Shown here: piece by piece, positions 46,709 through 56,907 of the stretch
Layout of the letters: each line of letters begins with the position of its first letter
Numbering within the stretch: position 1 is the stretch's first letter
Assembly: GCA_041163465.1 (NCBI GenBank)
Contig: JBEARC010000091.1
Coordinates: 8,364 to 72,363, forward strand
Direction of reading: 5' to 3'
DNA: 64,000 bases
From: Bacteroidota bacterium
GTDB taxonomy: Bacteria; Bacteroidota; Bacteroidia; Flavobacteriales_D; Sanyastnellaceae
Made by a program: the position numbers and the translations under genes
Notes under the pieces: generated by a model
What the model was told of the DNA's origin: nothing
What the model saw: only the letters and a program-made list of their open reading frames with translations
Database searches by the model: none

Positions 46709-48112
46709 TCAAATGTGCAGCGCGCGATTGTCGGTTGCGGCCAGGGCCGCCTCCTTGATCGCCTCGGTGAACGTGGGGTGTGCATGGCTCATCCGTGCAA
46801 TGTCCTCGGCGCTGGCCCGGAACTCCATGGCCACGACCGCCTCGGCAATCATGTCGGCCGCGCGAGGGCCACACATGTGCACACCCAGAACCTCATCCGT
46901 CTCTGCGTGCGCCAACACCTTCACGAGTCCGTCGGTGTCCATGCTCGCGCGGGCGCGACCGCTCGCTTTGAACGGAAAACTTCCACTCTTGTACGGCACC
47001 CCATCCGCCTTCAACTGCTCCTCGGTCGCGCCGACCCCGGCCACCTCGGGCCAGGTGTACACGACGTTGGGGATCAAGTTGTAATCAATGTGCGGATGCT
47101 GGCCGGCGATGGTTTCAGCGGCAAACACACCCTCCTCCTCAGCCTTGTGGGCGAGCATCGCCCCACGGACCACGTCACCGATGGCGAAAATGTGCGGCAC
47201 CTTGGTGCGCATGTGCGCGTCGACGTCGATGCGACCGCGCTCGTCTGTGCCGAGTCCTGCCGCTTCGAGGTTCAGCCCATCCGTGTACGGACGACGACCC
47301 ACGCTGACGAGGCAGTACTCCGCCTTGAAGGTCACTTCGTCGCCTTTGGCCGAGTCGGCCTTGACTGTGACGCTGCGTCCTGTGGCAGTGACCTCCTTCA
47401 CGCCGTGCTTGAGGTGGAATTTCACTCCGAGCTTCTTCATCGAGCGCATGAGTTCCTTGCCCATGGCGCGGTCCATGGTGGGAATGATGCTGTCGGCGTA
47501 TTCCACCACCTCCACTTCGGTTCCGAGCCTGGCGTAGACTGAACCGAGTTCGAGCCCGATGACCCCACCGCCGATGACCACCATGGATTTGGGGAGTTTG
47601 GGCAAACTCAAGGCCTCCGTGCTCGTGATGACGCGTTTTTTGTCGATCTCGATGAATGGCAGGGAACTCGGTTTGGATCCCGTGGCGATGATGACGTGCT
47701 TCGCGCCAATGTGAACGGCCTTGCCTTTGCTTGGCGTGATGCCGATGGTGTGCGCGTCCACGAACGAACCGATCCCCTGGTGGACGTCGATGTTGTTCTT
47801 CTTCATGAGGAAGTTGATCCCCTCTGTGGTTTGGGCGACCACTTCGCCCTTTCGCGCGATCATTTGAGGAAAATCAAGCCCCAAAGATCCCACCTGGATG
47901 CCATGGACAGCGAATTGTTCCTTGGCTTGGTGGTAGTGCTCCGAACTGTCGAGCAAGGCTTTGGAGGGAATGCATCCGACATTCAAACAGGTTCCGCCGA
48001 GCGTTGGGTATTTTTCCACCAAGGCCGTTTTCAAACCAAGTTGCGCTGCGCGTATGGCGGCTACGTAGCCTCCAGGACCGCTTCCGATGACGACGACGTC
48101 GTATTGTTCCAT
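46709..48112 (-). CDS. lpdA: Dihydrolipoyl dehydrogenase (E3).
   Basis: The ATG at 48112 gives MEQYDVVVIGSGPGGYVAAIRAAQLG. The redox disulfide is GGTCLNVGCIPSK. Confidence 0.95.
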   Translation of the reverse strand: MEQYDVVVIGSGPGGYVAAIRAAQLGLKTALVEKYPTLGGTCLNVGCIPSKALLDSSEHYHQAKEQFAVHGIQVGSLGLDFPQMIARKGEVVAQTTEGINFLMKKNNIDVHQGIGSFVDAHTIGITPSKGKAVHIGAKHVIIATGSKPSSLPFIEIDKKRVITSTEALSLPKLPKSMVVIGGGVIGLELGSVYARLGTEVEVVEYADSIIPTMDRAMGKELMRSMKKLGVKFHLKHGVKEVTATGRSVTVKADSAKGDEVTFKAEYCLVSVGRRPYTDGLNLEAAGLGTDERGRIDVDAHMRTKVPHIFAIGDVVRGAMLAHKAEEEGVFAAETIAGQHPHIDYNLIPNVVYTWPEVAGVGATEEQLKADGVPYKSGSFPFKASGRARASMDTDGLVKVLAHAETDEVLGVHMCGPRAADMIAEAVVAMEFRASAEDIARMSHAHPTFTEAIKEAALAATDNRALHI

Positions 48113-48116
48113 GGCA

Positions 48117-48124
48117 CAAAGGTA
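48117..48124 (-). promoter_or_regulatory. Candidate -7 box TACCTTTG, only 4 nt upstream of the lpdA ATG (implies a leaderless mRNA).
   Basis: The plus strand reads CAAAGGTA at 48117-48124. The minus strand reads TACCTTTGTGCCATG. Confidence 0.4.
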
Positions 48125-48175
48125 GCTCGGGGTTGAAGGTCTGCCGCCCCGCATGTTGTTTCTTTGCACCTCCCT

Positions 48176-50680
48176 ATGTGGCTTCGAATTGCATCTTTCT
48201 TGATTCGTCATCGTCTGCCCGCAGTTCTCGCGCTGTTGGCTGCCACGGTATTCATGGGCTTACAGATTCCCAACTTGAAAATGCAATACAAGTATGGGGG
48301 CATCTTGCCATTGGACGATCCGGCGGAGGTGGACCATGCAAAGTTTTTGGAGTCCTTCGGGGCTGAAGGGAATGTGCTCGTCATCGGTGTAGAGGATGCC
48401 CGCCTTCGGACCGCCGAGGGTTTGCAGGCGTGGCATGATTTGGCAGAAGACATTCGCGCATTGCGCGTCATGGTTGATGGCAAGCCGACTGTAATCATTG
48501 ATTCGGTCTTCGCGGTAACCCACGCCTTTGATGTGGTCAAACACCCCACCGAGAAGCGTTTCGTCTTGGAGCCTGTCGCACCGGATGTGGTGCACCCAGA
48601 CCCTTCAGGGCCGCTTTTGACGGATGAACGGGCCGATGAGATTGTCAACAAGGTGAGGTCATTGCCTTTTTACAATGGCCTGCTGTATGCGCCCGGCAAC
48701 GATGCCACCTTGATGATGGTCGTGTTCAACCTCGACATGCTCAACTCGCCACGACGTGGCACCATTGTCGAACAGATCATTGCCTTGTCAGACGAATGGT
48801 CTGAGACGGAGGGCATCGAGACCCATCTGAGCGGGTTGCCGTTCATCCGGATTGCCATGACCAACAAGGTGAAAGGAGAAATCGGGTATTTCATCGGGGC
48901 CGCCATGTTCGTGACGGCGCTGTTGTTGTTCCTTTTCTTTCGAAACCTGGCCGTGGTGGGGGTCTGCATGGCTGTGGTGTTTATCGGGGTGATTTGGTCT
49001 CTCGGTACCATCGCCTTGCTCGACTACCGCATCACGCTCGTGATGTCCTTGATTCCGGCATTGATGATTGTCATCGGGGTTCCCAATTGCATCTATTTGG
49101 TCAACAAATACCAAGGAGAATTCAAGCGTCACGGGAACAAAATGATGGCCCTGCAGCGCATGGTCACCAAGGTGGGCAACGCCACCCTGTTGACCAACGC
49201 GACGACGGCGTTTGGATTTGCCACCTTCATCTTCACCCACAGCCCCATACTCATTGAATTTGGGGTGGTCGCGGCCTTGAACATCATGCTCGCCTTCGGG
49301 ATCAGCATTGTGCTCATTCCGGCACTGTTTACCTGGCTCCCTGAACCCCATGAGCGACATCTGTCTCACCTGGACAGGGTCTGGGTAGACAACGTGGTGG
49401 GCAGCTTCGTCCGCACGGTGCAGTCCAGGAGAAGGCCGGTTTATGTGGCCGCTCTCCTGGTCCTTCTCGGGAGTGCCGTTGGCATGACGCGGATGGTCAG
49501 CACGGGAAACATTGTGGACGATTTGCCCGATGAGGACCGCGTGTTGACGGACTTAACTTGGATTGAATCACGTTTCAATGGGGTGATGCCTTTTGAAGTA
49601 TTGATTGATGGCCATCAACCAGGCCAAATCCTCAACGCGTCCAACCTCGGCCGCATCGACCGCTTCCAAACGCTTCTCACCGAGTATCCCGAATTCTCGC
49701 GGAGCTTGAGTGCAGTGGATGCGGTCAAGTTTGGGGTTCAAGCGTTTTATGGTGGCGACCCCGATCGATACCGGCTTCCGACGCGGCAGGAACGATCGTT
49801 CATGGGCCCCTATTTCCGAGGCAGCGAAGGGGAGGCTTCCCGGCATGACGATGCCAACCTCGTCACGTCCAACTTTGTCGATTCCACGCGAACCTTCACG
49901 CGGGTTTCCGCTCAAATGGCAGACGTAGGCACCTTGGAAATGGATGCGCTTATGGCGGATTTGCGGCCACGCATCGACAGCATCTTCCCGTCCGATCGCT
50001 TCGATGTGACCATCACAGGCACGAGCATTGTGTTTTTGCAAGGCACGAGCTACCTCGTGAACAACCTCCTGATTTCGATTGCTCTGGCCATTGTGGTGAT
50101 TGCCTTGGTGATGGCGATGCTGTTCAAAAGTGGGAGAATGGTTGGAATTGCGTTGATTCCCAACTTGTTGCCCCTGCTTTTTACGGCAGGTGTGATGGGT
50201 TGGACGGGCATTCCCATCAAGCCTTCGACCATCCTTGTGTTCTCGGTGGCGTTTGGAATTTCTGTGGACGACACCATTCACTTCCTGGCCAAATACCGCC
50301 AGGAGCTGCGGAGCAACGGGTGGAACATCCGTGCAGCAGTTCTCGAAGCTGTTCGAGAAACTGGGGTCAGCATGATGTACACATCCATCGTGCTGTTCTT
50401 CGGGTTTTTGATGTTTGCGATGAGCGAATTTGACGGTACGCGATCCTTGGGGATTTTGGTCTCCGTGACTTTGCTGGTTGCCATGTTCACCAACCTGATG
50501 CTCCTGCCTTCGCTGCTGATGAGTTTTGCGAACTACATCACCACCCAAACCTTCAGCGAGCCGTTCATTCACATCTTGGATGAAGAGGAAGATTTGGCAC
50601 TTGAGTCGTTGAAGATTTCGCCGGGAATGAGTCCAGGCAAGGGTCAAGAGCGCCACGAGGGTCTTCAAAAGCGGACGTAA
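48176..50680 (+). CDS. MMPL/RND-superfamily exporter (two SSD-like 6-TM bundles, COG1033 type).
   Basis: The track ORF starts at a TTG at 48164; the first ATG is at 48176 (MWLRIASFLIRHRLPAVLALL...). About 834 aa with a duplicated TM-bundle plus periplasmic-loop architecture. Confidence 0.8.
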   Translation: MWLRIASFLIRHRLPAVLALLAATVFMGLQIPNLKMQYKYGGILPLDDPAEVDHAKFLESFGAEGNVLVIGVEDARLRTAEGLQAWHDLAEDIRALRVMVDGKPTVIIDSVFAVTHAFDVVKHPTEKRFVLEPVAPDVVHPDPSGPLLTDERADEIVNKVRSLPFYNGLLYAPGNDATLMMVVFNLDMLNSPRRGTIVEQIIALSDEWSETEGIETHLSGLPFIRIAMTNKVKGEIGYFIGAAMFVTALLLFLFFRNLAVVGVCMAVVFIGVIWSLGTIALLDYRITLVMSLIPALMIVIGVPNCIYLVNKYQGEFKRHGNKMMALQRMVTKVGNATLLTNATTAFGFATFIFTHSPILIEFGVVAALNIMLAFGISIVLIPALFTWLPEPHERHLSHLDRVWVDNVVGSFVRTVQSRRRPVYVAALLVLLGSAVGMTRMVSTGNIVDDLPDEDRVLTDLTWIESRFNGVMPFEVLIDGHQPGQILNASNLGRIDRFQTLLTEYPEFSRSLSAVDAVKFGVQAFYGGDPDRYRLPTRQERSFMGPYFRGSEGEASRHDDANLVTSNFVDSTRTFTRVSAQMADVGTLEMDALMADLRPRIDSIFPSDRFDVTITGTSIVFLQGTSYLVNNLLISIALAIVVIALVMAMLFKSGRMVGIALIPNLLPLLFTAGVMGWTGIPIKPSTILVFSVAFGISVDDTIHFLAKYRQELRSNGWNIRAAVLEAVRETGVSMMYTSIVLFFGFLMFAMSEFDGTRSLGILVSVTLLVAMFTNLMLLPSLLMSFANYITTQTFSEPFIHILDEEEDLALESLKISPGMSPGKGQERHEGLQKRT

Positions 50681-50719
50681 GCGGTTGCGGACCCTGCGAG
50701 GCGATTGTATCTTGAGCCC

Positions 50720-51589
50720 ATGAAGGGAATTGTATTGGCGGGAGGCAGCGGAACGCGCCTTTGGCCCTTGACCAAAGCAATCAGCAAGCAGTTGATGCCC
50801 ATTTACGACAAGCCGATGATCTACCATCCCTTGTCCACGTTGATGATTGCGGGCATCCGCGACATCCTCATCATCACGACCCCCGAGGACTCGGCTTCCT
50901 TTCAGCGTTTGTTGGGGGATGGGTCTGCATTGGGTTGCTCCTTCTCGTACACCGTGCAAGAGGTTCCCAACGGGCTCGCCCAAGCCTTCGTGCTTGGCAA
51001 GGAATTCATCGGTTCTGACAAGGTTGCCTTGGTGCTTGGCGACAACATTTTTTACGGCCGCAGTTTTGGCCGAACCCTCCGGGCGCACACCGATCCCGAG
51101 GGGGCCATTGTGTTCGCCTACTACGTGAGTGACCCGGAACGCTATGGCGTGGTGGATTTTGATGAAGAAGGAAGGGTGCTGAGCATTGAAGAAAAGCCAT
51201 CCCGTCCCAAAAGCAATTTTGCCGTGCCAGGCTTGTATTTCTATGACAACGATGTCGTGACCATTGCCCGTGATTTGAAGCCAAGTGCCAGGGGCGAATA
51301 CGAAATCACGGATGTCAACAAGGCTTATCTCGAAGCGGGAAAATTGCACGTGGGGGTGCTGGATCGCGGCATGGCCTGGCTTGACACGGGAACCCACGCC
51401 TCCCTGATGCAGGCCTCTCAATTTGTCCAGGTCATTGAAGAGCGTCAAGGACTGAAGATTGGTTGTCTGGAGGAGATTGCGTGGCGAATGGGATTCATTG
51501 ACGACGCGCAGTTGGAGGTCTTGGCTCAGCCCTTGTTGAAGAGTGGGTATGGCCAATACATGCTCGAACAGCTGGGGCGTGGGCGTTGA
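50720..51589 (+). CDS. rfbA: Glucose-1-phosphate thymidylyltransferase.
   Basis: The ATG at 50720 gives [25 protein letters not shown].... Confidence 0.93.
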   Translation: MKGIVLAGGSGTRLWPLTKAISKQLMPIYDKPMIYHPLSTLMIAGIRDILIITTPEDSASFQRLLGDGSALGCSFSYTVQEVPNGLAQAFVLGKEFIGSDKVALVLGDNIFYGRSFGRTLRAHTDPEGAIVFAYYVSDPERYGVVDFDEEGRVLSIEEKPSRPKSNFAVPGLYFYDNDVVTIARDLKPSARGEYEITDVNKAYLEAGKLHVGVLDRGMAWLDTGTHASLMQASQFVQVIEERQGLKIGCLEEIAWRMGFIDDAQLEVLAQPLLKSGYGQYMLEQLGRGR

Positions 51590-51638
51590 TTGGGAGAGGA
51601 AAGGAGAACAAAACGCCTCGGCACGCATTTTCAACCCC

Positions 51639-52637
51639 ATGACATCAACCACCCGCGAAGCCGATTGGAGGCATGATTTGGAACTGGCCCTCGCCAATTT
51701 TTTGCGTCGTTATCCCCATGGGAGTTCAGACGGCTTGTACGATCCAATCCACTACCTCCTTGGGTTGGGGGGGAAGCGCATTCGGCCTGTGCTGGCTTTG
51801 GCTGCCTGTGAAGCAGAGGGAGGTGATGCACGGTCCGCCATGCCTGCGGCACTTGCCGTCGAAATGTTTCACAACTTCACGTTGATGCATGACGACATCA
51901 TGGATGAAGCTCCTCTGCGCAGGGGACGCCCAACCGTTCATACGAAGTGGAATGAGCATGCAGCCATCTTGTCTGGCGATGCCTTGTACACCTTGGCCTT
52001 GACTGCCCTTGAAGAGGTGCCTGCCGCGGCGTTGCCTGATGTGTTCCGCATGTTCAATGTCACGGCCCGAGAAGTGTGTGAGGGCCAGCAGAGTGACATG
52101 GCCTTTGAACGTCGCGACAACGTGACCCTGGAAGCCTATGTCGAGATGATTCGGCTGAAAACTTCGGTCCTCCTCGCGGCGTCCGCCTACATGGGTGCGC
52201 GGTGCGCGGGTGCATCAGAAGAGCGTGCACAATTGTGGTATCGCTACGGAGAAAATGTGGGCTTGGCGTTTCAACTCCAGGACGACTACCTGGATGCGTT
52301 TGGGGAAAGCTCGGCCACGGGGAAGCAAGTGGGTGGCGACATCCTTTCTGACAAAAAAACGCTTTTGTGGCTTGCCGCGTGGTCTGATCCTGCGTCTCGG
52401 GAGGTGTTGAGGGCCCATGTGGGATCTCATCCTGCCACAGGTTCTGCCATGGCCGAGGCCAAAATCCAAGCCGTTCGCGCTGCCATGGTCCATTCCGGTG
52501 CAGACGCCGAGGCCCGTCGTCGCATGGATGACCATGTGGCTTCGGCCCTCGAAGCCTTGGCCCAGCTTGAATTGCCGGAGAACCGCGGCGCATGGTTTGG
52601 TGACCTTGCCGCTCACGTCACCTCCAGAACCCACTGA
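51639..52637 (+). CDS. Polyprenyl (geranylgeranyl/farnesyl) diphosphate synthase.
   Basis: The ATG at 51639 starts the gene. The two Asp-rich motifs are LMHDDIMDE and FQLQDDYLD. Confidence 0.85.
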   Translation: MTSTTREADWRHDLELALANFLRRYPHGSSDGLYDPIHYLLGLGGKRIRPVLALAACEAEGGDARSAMPAALAVEMFHNFTLMHDDIMDEAPLRRGRPTVHTKWNEHAAILSGDALYTLALTALEEVPAAALPDVFRMFNVTAREVCEGQQSDMAFERRDNVTLEAYVEMIRLKTSVLLAASAYMGARCAGASEERAQLWYRYGENVGLAFQLQDDYLDAFGESSATGKQVGGDILSDKKTLLWLAAWSDPASREVLRAHVGSHPATGSAMAEAKIQAVRAAMVHSGADAEARRRMDDHVASALEALAQLELPENRGAWFGDLAAHVTSRTH

Positions 52638-52676
52638 TTCCACGCCCAATCTTAGGCCAGTCCAAGCCGTCAGGCT

Positions 52677-52684
52677 TATCTTTG
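52677..52684 (+). promoter_or_regulatory. Candidate -7 box TATCTTTG, 25 nt upstream of the sucA ATG.
   Basis: Exact TAnnTTTG match, read directly. Confidence 0.35.
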
Positions 52685-52709
52685 CAATCGCGAAAAGCTC
52701 CTTGTCCTC

Positions 52710-55430
52710 ATGGACCCACTTTCATTTTTGAGCAACGCCGAGCCCGGTGCGCTCGACGCCCTTTACAACCGCTACCTGAAGGACCCTGCATCTGTGGACC
52801 GCTCATGGCGGCTTTTTTTTGCTGGTTTTGACCTCAGTCGTGCAACATATGGGGAAGATGCCGCACCGCCAGCGACCCTGAAGGAATTCAAGGTTCTCGA
52901 CCTCATTCACGGGTACCGGACCCGAGGGCATTTGTTCACCCAAACCAATCCAGTCCGTGCACGTCGCACCTACACGCCGACGTTGGCTCTCGAGAATTTT
53001 GGCCTGTCAGAGGCCGACCTCGACGTGGTCTTCCAAGCGGGCAACGAGGTGGGCATCGGGCCATCCACCTTGCGGGACATTGTGGCTCATTTGGAAGCCA
53101 CATACTGCCACTCCATTGGCATTGAATACATGTTCATTCGCGAGCCAGAGCGTCAGCGGTGGATTCGCGAGCATATCGAGTTGGCCAAACGCCCGAGGCT
53201 CGATGCCAAGGGCAGGAAGCACGTGCTCAAAAAAATCAGCCAAGCGACCCTCTTTGAGGAATTTCTTCAAAAGAAATTCGTCGGCCAAAAACGGTTCTCG
53301 CTCGAAGGTGGTGAGAGTCTGATTCCCGCGTTGGATGCCTTGATTGAAACAGGCACGACCCGGGGGGTTCGCGAAGTCGTCATTGGCATGGCCCACCGCG
53401 GCCGTCTCAGCACCCTGGCCCACATTTTGGGCAAGCCCTACGCCAACATCCTGTGTGAATTTGAAGGGAAGGCCTATGACGGGGATGGGTTGTTTGACGG
53501 CGACGTCAAATACCACTTGGGCTACTCACGCAAGCAGAAGGCCGACACGGGAGAGGAGGTGACCATCACCTTGGCGCCCAACCCTTCTCACCTCGAAGCA
53601 GTGGACCCTGTGGTGGAAGGCATTGCCAGGGCTCGGATTGACGCAAGAGGAGGGGATGAATCAAGCGTTCTTCCCATTTTGATTCATGGAGACGCGGCCA
53701 TCGCGGGCCAGGGCGTGGTCTACGAGCTGGCCCAGATGGCTGGTTTGGACGGATACAGAACGGGTGGTACGGTGCATGTGGTGGTGAACAACCAAGTCGG
53801 TTTCACGACCAATTACCTCGATGCCCGCACGTCCACGTATTGCACCGATGTGGCCAAAGTGACCCAATCGTTGGTTTTCCATGTCAATGCAGACGATGTG
53901 GAGGCGGTTGTGCAGGTCATGAACATCGCAATCGATTACCGCCAAACCTTTCAACAAGACGTTTTCATTGACCTTTTGGGCTATCGGAAATACGGCCACA
54001 ACGAAGGTGACGAGCCCAAGTTCACTCAACCCAAACTGTACAAAGCAATTGCTGCCCATCCGTCCCCTTACGAGACGTACTTGCACAAACTCCTTGGGGA
54101 CGGCACCATTTCGCCTGAAGAAGCGGAATCCATGAAATCGAGCCTTCTCGATGCCATGGAGGCGGGGTTTGAGGAAGCCAAGGCGATGTCTTGTTCGGTG
54201 GTCGATGATTTCTTGAGCGACCTGTGGCAAGGGTATCGACCCGCCAAGTCTGGAGAGTTGACAACGTCGCCCAACACGGGGGTTCCCTTGGAGAAACTGG
54301 TGGAGTTGGGAACCAAAATGAGCACGCTCCCTGAAGGTCCGAAGTTTTTCCGAAAGGTGAAGAAGCTCATGGATGACCGGCTCCAAATGATTGCCAACGA
54401 CCAGCTTGATTGGGCCATGGGCGAGAAATTGGCTTACGCCACGTTGCTCGATGAGGGTCACCCTGTGCGGATCAGCGGACAAGATGTGGAGCGCGGGACT
54501 TTTTCTCATCGCCATGCGGTTGTCAAAACCGAGGACAGCGAAGAGGAGTTGATCCTGCTGAATCATCTCCGAGAAGGCCAAGCCAAACTCGAGATTTACA
54601 ACAGTCTTCTCTCAGAATATGCCGTAAGCGGGTTCGAATATGGCTACGCCTTCGCCAATCCATCGGGACTCACCATTTGGGAAGCGCAGTTTGGGGATTT
54701 CAACAACGGAGCCCAAATCATGTGGGACCAGTTCTTGAGTGCGGGGGAAGACAAGTGGCGGACCATGAATGGTTTGACCTTGTTGCTACCCCACGGTTAC
54801 GAAGGCATGGGCTCTGAGCACAGCAGCGGACGCTTGGAACGATTCCTGCAACTCGGATCAGGCGACAACATGGTGGTGGCCAATTGCACCACCCCGGCCA
54901 ACATGTTCCACCTTCTCAGACGACAAGTTCACCGACCTTTCCGCAAACCCCTCGTGGTGTTCACCCCCAAGAAACTGTTGCGGTATCCCAAAGCGGTGTC
55001 TTCCATGAAGGAATTGAGCGTGGGTGGCTTTCAGGAGGTGATTGCCGATCCCAACAAACTCAAGGGCGCAGACACCGTGGTGCTTTGCTCCGGCAAAGTG
55101 TATTATGACTTGCTTGAAGCATTCGACGATCGTGTGCCTCTCAACATGGCCGTCATTCGGTTGGAGCAGCTTCATCCGTTTCCCGTCGATGCCTTGTCCA
55201 AGGTCTTGGCCAAACATGCCAAACACGCCCACGTGGTTTGGCTCCAGGAGGAGCCTCGAAACATGGGTGCGTGGACCTTTGTCCAGGAAAACATGAGCAT
55301 GCATGGATTGGGAGCGCCACATTACGTGGGTAGAACTGCCAGTGCAAGCCCTGCTTCAGGATCCCCTGCTGTTCATGCCCAACGTCATCAGGCCCTGCTT
55401 GCAGAAGTGGTGGCGCTGGCCAAATTTTGA
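52710..55430 (+). CDS. sucA: 2-oxoglutarate dehydrogenase E1 component.
   Basis: 906 aa with the N-terminus [30 protein letters not shown]. It is followed by the E2 gene. Confidence 0.95.
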   Translation: MDPLSFLSNAEPGALDALYNRYLKDPASVDRSWRLFFAGFDLSRATYGEDAAPPATLKEFKVLDLIHGYRTRGHLFTQTNPVRARRTYTPTLALENFGLSEADLDVVFQAGNEVGIGPSTLRDIVAHLEATYCHSIGIEYMFIREPERQRWIREHIELAKRPRLDAKGRKHVLKKISQATLFEEFLQKKFVGQKRFSLEGGESLIPALDALIETGTTRGVREVVIGMAHRGRLSTLAHILGKPYANILCEFEGKAYDGDGLFDGDVKYHLGYSRKQKADTGEEVTITLAPNPSHLEAVDPVVEGIARARIDARGGDESSVLPILIHGDAAIAGQGVVYELAQMAGLDGYRTGGTVHVVVNNQVGFTTNYLDARTSTYCTDVAKVTQSLVFHVNADDVEAVVQVMNIAIDYRQTFQQDVFIDLLGYRKYGHNEGDEPKFTQPKLYKAIAAHPSPYETYLHKLLGDGTISPEEAESMKSSLLDAMEAGFEEAKAMSCSVVDDFLSDLWQGYRPAKSGELTTSPNTGVPLEKLVELGTKMSTLPEGPKFFRKVKKLMDDRLQMIANDQLDWAMGEKLAYATLLDEGHPVRISGQDVERGTFSHRHAVVKTEDSEEELILLNHLREGQAKLEIYNSLLSEYAVSGFEYGYAFANPSGLTIWEAQFGDFNNGAQIMWDQFLSAGEDKWRTMNGLTLLLPHGYEGMGSEHSSGRLERFLQLGSGDNMVVANCTTPANMFHLLRRQVHRPFRKPLVVFTPKKLLRYPKAVSSMKELSVGGFQEVIADPNKLKGADTVVLCSGKVYYDLLEAFDDRVPLNMAVIRLEQLHPFPVDALSKVLAKHAKHAHVVWLQEEPRNMGAWTFVQENMSMHGLGAPHYVGRTASASPASGSPAVHAQRHQALLAEVVALAKF

Positions 55431-55459
55431 CCCCATTACGCTCAACCAACGATACAATC

Positions 55460-56752
55460 ATGCCGATTCTTGAAATGAAAGTCCCCAGCCCCGGAGAGAG
55501 CATCTCCGAAGTGGAAATCGCGACATGGCTGGTGTCTGATGGCGACTACGTAGAAAAAGACCAAGCCATTGCCGAAGTGGACTCGGACAAGGCCACCCTA
55601 GAATTGCCAGCCGAAGCAGCGGGCATTATCACCTTGAAGGCAGAGGAGGGGGATGTGGTTCCTGTAGGGGATGTATGTTGTTTGATCGACACGGATGCAC
55701 AGCGACCAGAAGGTTCAGCAGCCCCAACTCCCGCACCGATCGAGGTGGGGACAACAAAGCCTTCGACGCCTTCGACGCCTTCCCCTGCGACCCCTGTCCC
55801 CGCACCTGCGCCTGCGCCTGCGCCGCCGCCGCCCACCAAAGCCGACAGCCATGCCACAGGGCACGCCTCACCGGCTGCCCGCAAGACCATGGCCGATGCA
55901 GGTCTCCCGGCAGGATCCATCCAGGGAACAGGTCGTGATGGACGTGTGCTGAAACAGGATGTCCTCGCTGCACTTGCCGCTGGGTTCGATGCGTCCAACG
56001 TGCGTTCGGGTTGGAGTGGCAGTCGTGACACGCGACGAGAAAAAATGAGCATGTTGCGTCGGAAGGTGGCGGAGCGCTTGGTCTCTGTCAAGAACGAGAC
56101 TGCCATGCTCACCACGTTCAATGAAGTGGACATGAAGCCAGTCATGGACCTGCGTGCCAAGCACAAGGATGCGTTCCGTGAACAGTTTGGGGTGGGTCTA
56201 GGGTTCATGGGATTGTTCACCAAGGCCGTGACCACGGCGCTTGCCGAATTCCCTGCCATCAATGCTCAGATTGATGGCAAGGAACTCATCTACCACGACT
56301 ACGCGGATGTATGCATCGCGGTGAGCTCTCCCAAAGGCTTGATGGTGCCAGTCGTTCGAAACGCGGAGACTTTGAGTGTCGCGGAAATCGAGGCTGAAAT
56401 CAAGCGTTTGGCCATTCGCGCCCGCGACGGAGAGTTGACCGTGGATGAAATGCAGGGTGGAACGTTCACAATCACCAACGGTGGTGTATTTGGTTCCATG
56501 CTTTCTACGCCGATCATCAACCCCCCTCAGAGCGCCATTCTAGGGATGCACAACATCGTGGAGCGCCCGGTAGCCATCAACGGGCAGGTGGAGATTCGCC
56601 CCATCATGTACGTCGCATTGAGCTACGATCACCGCATTGTAGACGGCAAAGAGAGCGTGGGCTTCCTGTACATGGTCAAAGAGATGATTGAGAATCCGGA
56701 GCGCATGTTGTTTGGCGGCAAAACCCCAACCGAAGTGCTTCTTGGGCTTTGA
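55460..56752 (+). CDS. sucB: Dihydrolipoyllysine-residue succinyltransferase (E2o).
   Basis: The ATG at 55460 gives [17 protein letters not shown].... The lipoyl site is [12 protein letters not shown] and the catalytic motif is SYDHRIVDG. The P/A/T linker is encoded by short tandem DNA repeats (GCCTTCGAC x2.6 at 55759-55782; CCTGCG x3 at 55805-55822). Confidence 0.93.
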   Translation: MPILEMKVPSPGESISEVEIATWLVSDGDYVEKDQAIAEVDSDKATLELPAEAAGIITLKAEEGDVVPVGDVCCLIDTDAQRPEGSAAPTPAPIEVGTTKPSTPSTPSPATPVPAPAPAPAPPPPTKADSHATGHASPAARKTMADAGLPAGSIQGTGRDGRVLKQDVLAALAAGFDASNVRSGWSGSRDTRREKMSMLRRKVAERLVSVKNETAMLTTFNEVDMKPVMDLRAKHKDAFREQFGVGLGFMGLFTKAVTTALAEFPAINAQIDGKELIYHDYADVCIAVSSPKGLMVPVVRNAETLSVAEIEAEIKRLAIRARDGELTVDEMQGGTFTITNGGVFGSMLSTPIINPPQSAILGMHNIVERPVAINGQVEIRPIMYVALSYDHRIVDGKESVGFLYMVKEMIENPERMLFGGKTPTEVLLGL

Positions 56753-56783
56753 AGCCCGTCGTTTCAGAATGGATCGGAAAGAC

Positions 56784-56812
56784 AAACGGGGCTCCTACAC
56801 GGGGCCCCGTTT
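56784..56812 (+). terminator. Hairpin terminator after sucB (possibly bidirectional).
   Basis: AAACGGGGC (56784-56792) pairs with GCCCCGTTT (56804-56812), and a T-containing tail follows. Confidence 0.55.
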
Positions 56813-56907
56813 GATTCATCACGTTTTGACGGCCGACCAAAACCCAAAAGGCAGCTGTCTTCTTGCTTCTTCCTCTTCCTCCTCCTCACGATTCGTGCCA
56901 ACTTCGG

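Noticed and set aside
45397-47542. Plus-strand ORFs of 286 and 300 aa (45397..46257 and 46640..47542) opposite hemH and lpdA.
   Set aside because: They are antisense to genes with canonical motifs (GGTCLNVGCIPSK and the ferrochelatase N-terminus). Their translations show no family signature.
49568-51697. 709-aa minus-strand ORF spanning the MMPL 3' end, an intergenic gap and all of rfbA.
   Set aside because: It is antisense to two genes with unmistakable family motifs ([11 protein letters not shown] and so on). Its translation is R/H/G/P-rich with no recognisable domain. Long stop-free antisense frames are expected in GC-biased coding DNA.
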